Assembly (NCBI GenBank): GCA_964016885.1
Contig: OZ024741.1
Coordinates: forward strand, 311,178,001 to 311,242,000
DNA length: 64,000 nucleotides
Reading direction: 5' to 3'
Origin: Eledone cirrhosa
Lineage: Eukaryota
Below, piece after piece: positions 55,919-64,000 of the stretch. Position 1 is the stretch's first letter; each line of letters begins with the position of its first letter. The notes under the pieces were generated by a model that was not told where the DNA came from, searched no databases, and saw only the letters and a program-made list of their open reading frames with translations. A program made the position numbers and the translations under genes.

Positions 55919-56488
55919 AATGCTGATGCACAACGGATCAGTAATATTTAGGGTTTTGAAATTACTGTGTGTCACGTAACGGTATAGTAGCAGATTGTTT
56001 ACTAATAAAACAGTTCAATTAAACCATTTTGTTCACTGTAAAATAAATAAAAATCGTATTTTCTTCACATGCATTTTTATTTTACAGCAATTTACTGTTT
56101 ATTTCCATGTTTTATATTCCATGCAAATAAACAACAATGTATAATAAAAATAAACAATTGAATGTCTTCAGCTATGAATGGAGACTGATGCAAAAAGAGC
56201 CATTTAACGGATTCCAGCAGATGTAAGGGCGGGTAAATCTCGACGATCTTCGTTTCTGACTCAGATCGCTATCAAGACATATATATAGTGCCTTATAAAT
56301 ATATATATATATATATAGTATTAGTTATACTATTTATGGTTATGTAAACACAAAACCTAAAGCAGTTGTAAGTATTTTACACACACCCTAAATAGTGGTA
56401 GGCAGTAATGTATTACTACCTTATTACCAGTAAGTTAAGTAGCTCAATGTAAAAACATCAGATGATTTACAGAGCAGTTATATGAAAT

Positions 56489-56526
<38 letters not shown>

Positions 56527-56600
56527 CCCACTCTACTACCCTAAGTATTGAGTACTTTGGTGCGTTATGGTCCACCTGGTTCCTTACCACTTTTCCCTCG

Positions 56601-56671
<71 letters not shown>

Positions 56672-56684
56672 TGTGTTTTGCGAG

Positions 56685-57285
56685 GTTTTTATATGAAATC
56701 GTGTGTCGAAACAAATATTTTTATACTTGGGGTGGGTCGAATTAATAACAGAACACACTCACTGTTTGGTTGGTTTTTGCTTCTGTATCTTTTATATCAG
56801 GTAATTTATTCGGCCCTCAATGTGTACCATTGACTGACCAAAGGTATAAAATTACAGATATAATATAGACTCAAACACATATATATAGTCTAACAAAGTT
56901 CTTTCATTGGACATCTGCAACATCGTCAGTGGTGCTATTATTATTTTACTCCTGTTGTATTGTATATCTATGCCATCTTAAATAAAGATTAAATAAATAT
57001 GGCGTAGATATACAATACAACAGGAGGAACATAATAATAGCACCACTGACGATGTTGCAGATGTCCAACGAAACAACTTTCTTAGACTATGTATATGTGT
57101 TTGTGTCTATATTATATCTGAATTTTTTAACCGTTGGTCAGTCAATGGAAAACATTGAGGACCGAATAAATTAACTGATATAAAAGATACAAAAGCGAAA
57201 GCCGACTAAACAGTGAGTGTGTTCTGTTATTAATTCTGGCAATATTATTATAACAATATGACCCTCCCCAAGTATAACAATATAT
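56685..57285. mobile_element. Fold-back of a PLE pLTR related to family 1
   Basis: Arms ~56740-56970 and 57003-57235. Contain CTGACGA-T-GTTG..CAAC-GAAA hammerhead-like cores. Termini tatacttgggg(a)gggtca resemble 835-860. Confidence 0.7.
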
Positions 57286-57666
57286 ATATATATATTATAT
57301 ATACATTTATTCATATTTATATTAGTCCTGGTCTCAATTGGATGCAACCACTGTAATTCTAGAACAAAATACTATTGTAGGGTGTAAATTTCACGTTTCA
57401 TATAGACAAGGCTTCAACGGAAATATAACTATTTCATTCAAAATGGATGAAACTATTCCAGTCCTGTAGAAGCGATTTATATGTTAAACATCATATTTAC
57501 AAACACACACATATATATACTGTTAGACTGGTACATTTCTATCGACATAAATAGCATGAAAGGCAAAGTTATTTGAACGTAGAAAGCAGAGAATCGGAAA
57601 GAATATATAAACTTTCCATCCGGCATTCTAACGACTGTTTATATGCCAATTTGCATATATATATAT

Positions 57667-58110
57667 ACTAGCAGAGGTACCCGGCGTTGCTCGGATATTA
57701 AATAGCAGTTGTGTATACCAGTTATGTCAGTACTTCAGTGCTGCTTCGAAACTATACTTTTATAAAATCATCCGCTTTTTCCAAAATGGGATTCCTGCCC
57801 CCAGGGGTTCCCTACTCAATTTGTGCCAATTCTGAGAGTTCACATTCATCTGTAGGACAAACGTAGCCCATGTGTCAAGTTTTGTGAAAATCGGTTGCGA
57901 ACTCCAGAAGTTATGACGTTTGTTCCATTCATTGCACTGCAGTGCTTCAGTAGTCTCCAAGGAAGTGGTTAAAGTGGTTAAAGGGGTTATCTGCCGGGGG
58001 GCCCTATAATCAATATCTGGAAAAATGACAGTGCCCATGACCATCCGGAGTACATAAGTAACCTATGTCTTAAGTTTGGTGAAAATACTGTAGAAATGCA
58101 TAAGGTTTAT
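57667..58110 (-). mobile_element. Helitron-like non-autonomous repeat
   Basis: Terminal ACTAG next to the imperfect hairpin cccggcgttgctcgg; caagttttgtgaaaatcgg motifs. Confidence 0.4.
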
Positions 58111-59241
58111 ACATGCGCGCGCGCGTGTGTGTGTATTTGTGTGTGCGTATGTATGTGTATGTTCATCGGGGCATACGTATGTACTGGCCTAAATCTTCAC
58201 TATTTACTTTTACTATTTTAATAACCTCTGTCATTTTCGTTTTCAATTTTATTTATAACATTCTTAAACTCCGGGGCTGGAAATCATTGTTATTTTAAAT
58301 AGAATATTAGTCTAACGACTCCATTTATACCATAAACTTGGTCTTGTCTTTGCATGAAATTGTTCTTCACGCTCCACATAACGATGTATTATCCTCGCTT
58401 TTTTCCGTTCATTGCCAGGGAAAGTCTTCACGAACCAAAATATCGTCTTCCTGTTTTCATTCGGTTGCATCGTTTCTCGAAATATTTACTTCTGCGTTCA
58501 CAGACTACTCAGTTCAATTTGAATGGGAAATTCCTGTTTCATCGATTTTCTCCGTAACCATGGAAGCTTGTAGTAGGCAAAAGTCTATTAACAACGAAAT
58601 AACGTTGTCTTTGATATTTTATTTTAAATAAGACAATGAATTGAAAAATACTACTTACTGTTAATTGTGGTTAACATGTATTAGAAATAAAATGAAAATG
58701 ATATCTGAAAAAACGTCCTTGAAAACATGACTCGCCTCGCAATTTAATGGTTTTATTTCTTTTGATGGAAAACAGTGACTGTTTTCGGTTGGCATTTCGT
58801 AAGATGGTACTGCAGAATTGGTTTCATAAAAGGGTACTGTATGATAGTTTACACTTTGATTGCCCTGGTCAGCAAGAAGGGCCTCTATATATTAGATATT
58901 TATTAGAAGAGGGGGAAATAACTAACCCCAGTATTAGAACAGGGGGTTCGCAATGTAAGGGTTTTATTTCTTTTGTAGAAAACAGTTACCTTTTTCGTTT
59001 TGGCATTTCGTAAAATTCTACTGCAGAATCGATTTCATAAAACAGTACTGTATGATCGTTATAAAATTATTTAAATTTAATATAGAGCAATTGTATTTTA
59101 AAAATGAAATTGAAACGTACTGTAGTAGCCAAAAGTTTATTAACAGCGAAATAACGTTGTCTTTGATATGTTTTTTAGACAAAAGTATTAGAACAGGGGA
59201 AATAACTCACCGAACGCGAGAGTTTTGGGGCCCAGGGACCA

Positions 59242-59441
59242 NNNNNNNNNNNNNNNNNNNNNNNNNNNNNNNNNNNNNNNNNNNNNNNNNNNNNNNNNNN
59301 NNNNNNNNNNNNNNNNNNNNNNNNNNNNNNNNNNNNNNNNNNNNNNNNNNNNNNNNNNNNNNNNNNNNNNNNNNNNNNNNNNNNNNNNNNNNNNNNNNNN
59401 NNNNNNNNNNNNNNNNNNNNNNNNNNNNNNNNNNNNNNNNN
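59242..59441. other. Assembly gap (200 N)
   Basis: Run of N. Confidence 1.
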
Positions 59442-59844
59442 AGAGAGGGGGAATGATCTTATAGAGAGCCGAATTTACATACGACGCTCATCTCTACGGA
59501 AAGTAAAAGAGTGTTGTCATATAGAGAGTGAAGAGAGACAGAGTGTAAAGCAGTTAAATTATAGAGAGGGTGCAAGAGGTAGAGAGAGAGAGATGACGCT
59601 CAGCTTTATAATATTTGAGAGTGAAGAGAGACAGAGAGAGTAAAGCAGTTAAATTATAGACAGGGGGAATGATCTATTATAGAGAGAGGGAAGAGCGACG
59701 GAGAGAGTAAAGCTAACAAACTATAGGGAGGTGTGTAGGATACATACATACATACATACATACATACATACATACATACATACATACATACATACATACA
59801 TACATACATAATACACACGACGCTCAGCTTTATAATATTATAGA

Positions 59845-60385
59845 TAGTCTAACGAAGTTCTTTCGTTGTACATCCATAACATCATCAGTGGTACTATTAT
59901 CATTTTTCCTCCTATTGTATTGCAATGTATTGTATTGTCTACGCCATATTTATTTTATCTATTTATTTATTTATTCATTTTTGTCTCTGTATCCGCGCAT
60001 GCTTTTGCGTGTGTGTATAATTTTTGGTGTGTGTGTTCGCGTCTGTGTGTATGCGTTTTGGTTTTATATTCTATCTTTGTTTATTAGTGTGTGCTTATAT
60101 GTGTTTGTTGTTATTGTACTTGTGTATATATTTATTTATTTATTTATGTTTCTCTTAAGTCAGTATTGTTTGTTTGGGTATGGTTGTTGTTGTTATTCGA
60201 TTCATTTTTTTTTCTGTTTAACTTTGGCCTTCTAAGCTCTATTTCGCTCGCTTCTCTGATTTGTCTACCTGTTGGGTCATTTCTATGTTTAGATATTATT
60301 TTAATTTCTATGTTGTCTATATTACTGACATGTTGTTGTCTGGTGTGTTCGTATAGTACTCAACCGTTTTTGAACCGTTTATATA
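59845..60385 (-). mobile_element. PLE 3' fragment (GIY-YIG C-terminus plus pLTR with hammerhead-like core)
   Basis: DNIEIKIISKHRNDPTGRQIREASEIELRRPKLNRK resembles the end of the 905-aa ORF; CTGATGA..AAC-GAAAGAACTT at ~59850-59892. Confidence 0.72.
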
Positions 60386-61521
60386 TATGGAAAAATGAAA
60401 CGAAATTTCATTTCTCACTCTTAGTACGGCTGTTACTTAAATATAAGTATGTATGCGTACATACATATATGTGTGCATGTATTTATATATATACATACTA
60501 CTGTACGTCTGTATACATATATGTATTTATTTTTCCAGGCGCTCGGGCCGATCAGCCCTCCTAGAGTGCTTGGAAAAATAAATTTCCCTTTCTTTGGGCA
60601 AACGAATTTACTCGGAACAACTGCTTCGCCCTGGGGCCCTGCTAGACTTGGAACCCGCCGCGCCACCGGCTATTGACCGCCAAACAGTACCTTTAAATTC
60701 TAGGCTTAATCATAACTTTTAAATTTATCATGCATCCTCCTACTAGCACGTAAATAAATCCCCCACCAGTGTGAATAACTAGTAATCGTTTGTTATATAC
60801 GATGGCCAGCCGGCGGTGGCGAACTTCCTGCTAACACACCCGACGCTTAAGACAGTTACATTCCTGGAATGCTCGGAAAAATAAATTTCCATATCTTTCG
60901 CTAGACGATAATACTCGGAACGGTTGACACGCCGTTGGGCCCGGGGCTGGCTGGTTATTGACCGCTAAGCATGGGCTTAATCTTTTCTCTATATTCTACC
61001 TTGAAACTTTATTGTGACCGTCTATAATACACTTAAACTTTTTCATAAAAGCTTCCTTCTGTAAATTCCTTTAACTTAATCTCATAACTTCCTACGTAAA
61101 CCTTATTTTTCTAATTTCATCTTAAATGGCACCTTCTAAACCTAAACATAAATTTACGTTTCTATTTGTGAATCTTAATTTCTGTCCATACATTAAACCA
61201 TGCAGACGCCCACTATATATTACCATATGTAGCTTTGTTGAAGAGATATATGTCCTTTGAAATAATGTTTTTCGCGGCACTTTCTAGCACGCATGACAAG
61301 CTTGATTGTAACCCGATCTCAACACTGGCCTCTGTCTTTGACGGGGGGTAGTAGTACACGATAAGCCTGCGTCCCTTCACCAGAGAGACATAAGTAGGCT
61401 TACTAGTCAACACATAAGGGCGGCCGACCGTGCTAGAAGATGCTAAAAGTTCGGTACCCCTCATGTCTCTGATTTTCAGCCCCATGGATTTTGTCTATTA
61501 TATTCCTTTGTTATATTTCAA

Positions 61522-61579
61522 ATACCTGATGATGTCACCGGCTTCATACTGAACCCGGACATTGAAATGATCATAGTAT
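61522..61579 (+). ncRNA. Hammerhead-like motif with palindromic stem III (UGAUCA)
   Basis: AUAC-CUGAUGA-UGUC..GACA-UU-GAAA-UGAUCA-UA-GUAU; the stem II junction is imperfect. Confidence 0.5.
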
Positions 61580-61825
61580 AATAAACCTTTCAAGGAAGTA
61601 CACCAGTCCAGCCTCCTGTTATTTTATAATAAGTAACCCCGTACTCGAACCACCAACCACACAAACGAAGACGGGTGAGTTCCATACGTTGAGTGCTTTC
61701 CATAATATTACATCGAGGTTGACCATACGGAATGACTAGTTCTATCCAGTGGTAAACCAACAAACCTAAATTAATATATATATACATATATACTGTATAC
61801 TTTGAATTATTGTCGTTAAATGTAC

Positions 61826-61903
<78 letters not shown>

Positions 61904-62011
61904 ATATATATATATTAATAAATATTTGCTCTACGGTTCTTATATATTTGATATATATTTATCCTTATCGAGCCCTCTTTGGATTTTAGTCTTCAAATTT
62001 ATTATTATTAC

Positions 62012-62105
<94 letters not shown>

Positions 62106-62676
62106 CGCTGTGACCCGTCTATTTCGTTTATACTGCTTCCTCTTTCTCTGTATCTTTACCCTCTTTAACAGTCACTCTCTATGTTAGCCTCTTCCTCACC
62201 CTTCACTCACTAACTCTCTGTTACTACCTCTCCTCCTCCTCCTTCTTCCCGATTGACCTGTGCATAAATCATTTCTTTCGCACATTTGGCCAGGCTGGTT
62301 CGCCTTTTTTCTCTCTCTCGTCTACGATTTCACAGAAATTATGTTCACCGAATTCACAGACTAGATTCCTTCTTCCTCCCGTTAGACCTGTACGGAATTC
62401 CTTCCTTGCTCACATTCCAACCAGGTTTGATGGTCTTTATTCTCTCTCGTTCAGGATTTCACCGAACCTATATTCATGGAAATTTGGGACTTGACTCGTA
62501 CTTCCTCACTTTTCGTTGCTTCACCATCTTTGTTTGTTTACACTCTCGCTGTCCCCTTTATTTACGTGTCCCAATGACTTGTTTTACCCGTTGCTCGCAC
62601 CAACCGCGGCTATATGGTCTTTAAAGCGGAGAAATACCTGTGATGGTGGGAAGATCACTGACGAAGGACCACTTTA

Positions 62677-62743
<67 letters not shown>

Positions 62744-63119
62744 TATGGTGTGAACCGAACATTATGGTCTGTCGGTTGTGATCCAGATAAAAAGAAGCGT
62801 TCAACAATCTGTATAAATGGTGCAAGCCGGAGCATTATATATTAATAAAAAATATCCTTAGCGAAATATGTATAACGGAGTTAAATAAATCTGAATCAAC
62901 TGAATATGGCCTTTTATTAATATATATATAATGGCTGCAACTTCATTTTCAGTAATGCCAGCGCATTATACATAAGCATGAGCATCACGGACGTGGCTTT
63001 TTAGCCATGTTAGGTACATGCCTATGGCCAGCAACAACATGCATCGCAAAAATATCACTTACTGAGCAATGTCTATGTTTGCAGCTATTTCAACTCAGGA
63101 AAGGCTTTGCATGCATCCA

Positions 63120-63325
63120 ATCCTACACCATGAACCTGAAGATTGCGAAAGCATGAAAGTACTTGATCAATTAACACTTAACCATAAATATTCTACCATA
63201 CTATTTCATTCTAATACCATTATAAATTTTAAAGGGTGTGTAAATAAAACGAGTAAATCAGACAAAGTTGGAATTCCTTTTATTAATATAATCTTCTATA
63301 CACAATAATACACACCCATGTATAT

Positions 63326-63378
<53 letters not shown>

Positions 63379-63733
63379 TAGATAGATAGATAGATAAATA
63401 TACACGGCAGTGTATGATTGTGTATAGAAGATTATATTAATAAAAGGAATTCCAACTTTGTCTGATTTACTCGTTTTATTTATAGTCCTTTAAAATGTAT
63501 AATGGTATTAGAATGAAATTATATTGTAGAATATTAAATGTTAAGTGTTAATTGAACAAGTACTTTCATGCTTTCGCAATCTTCCCGTTTCATAATGTGT
63601 GGTGACAGTCAAGTTTGCAATTTTCAACTGAAATTTTCAACAATTTTCAACAGTTAAAAATTGCAAACTTGACTGACACCACACATTACGAACCTGAAGA
63701 TTGCGAAAGCATGAAAGTACTTGTTCAATTAAC

Positions 63734-63735
<2 letters not shown>
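63120..63735. repeat. Inverted-repeat cluster with minimal hammerheads
   Basis: 63130-63310 is inverted at 63415-63592, and there is a palindrome at 63540-63735. GAAC-CUGAAGA-U-UGC(gaaa)GCA-U-GAAA-GUAC-UU-GUUC at 63690-63726, with a near copy at 63132-63168. Confidence 0.75.
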
Positions 63736-63810
<75 letters not shown>

Positions 63811-64000
63811 CTGTATAGAACCAATTTGAAACTAGTTAGACCATTACTTTACAGAGTACTCGTAATTTGGCACAGTACCGTATGAGAGTCTAGCTTAATC
63901 TACCTATACACATATCTGATTAGAAGAATTCTTCGGGTGAATCGCTTAATCCATTAAGACTGAGTGCTCTACTGTTGTTAGATATAACCTCCCGTTTTTA

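Noticed and set aside
58170-59240. Possible DNA-transposon fragment with internal repeats next to the gap
   Set aside because: No terminal inverted repeat pair or transposase motif was recognisable, and it is truncated by the gap.

Overview
AT-rich, microsatellite-dense animal DNA. The SINE type and repeat landscape suggest a mollusc or cephalopod; this is an inference, not proven. The only host-gene sequence found is a minus-strand array of 132-135 nt, phase-1/phase-1 exons, each encoding one 8-Cys EGF-like repeat of MEGF10/CED-1/SCARF type. There are seven intact exons, one pseudo-exon and one unit from which the exon has been deleted. The recently duplicated exons differ almost only at amino-acid-changing sites. 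The introns contain: (i) Penelope-like elements (one intact 905-aa RT/GIY-YIG ORF plus fragments); (ii) at least six distinct families of minimal hammerhead ribozyme motifs, mostly in fold-back insertions, including a young 466-nt tandem retrozyme-like element with a 15-bp target-site duplication; (iii) two R4/Dong-like restriction-like-endonuclease (RLE) LINE families and an RTE-derived short element, stacked repeatedly in (CATA)n at the same homologous intron position; (iv) tRNA-derived SINEs, RTE and CRE fragments, a MITE and Helitron-like repeats. A 200-N assembly gap lies at 59242-59441. All comparisons were made by eye, so element boundaries are approximate.
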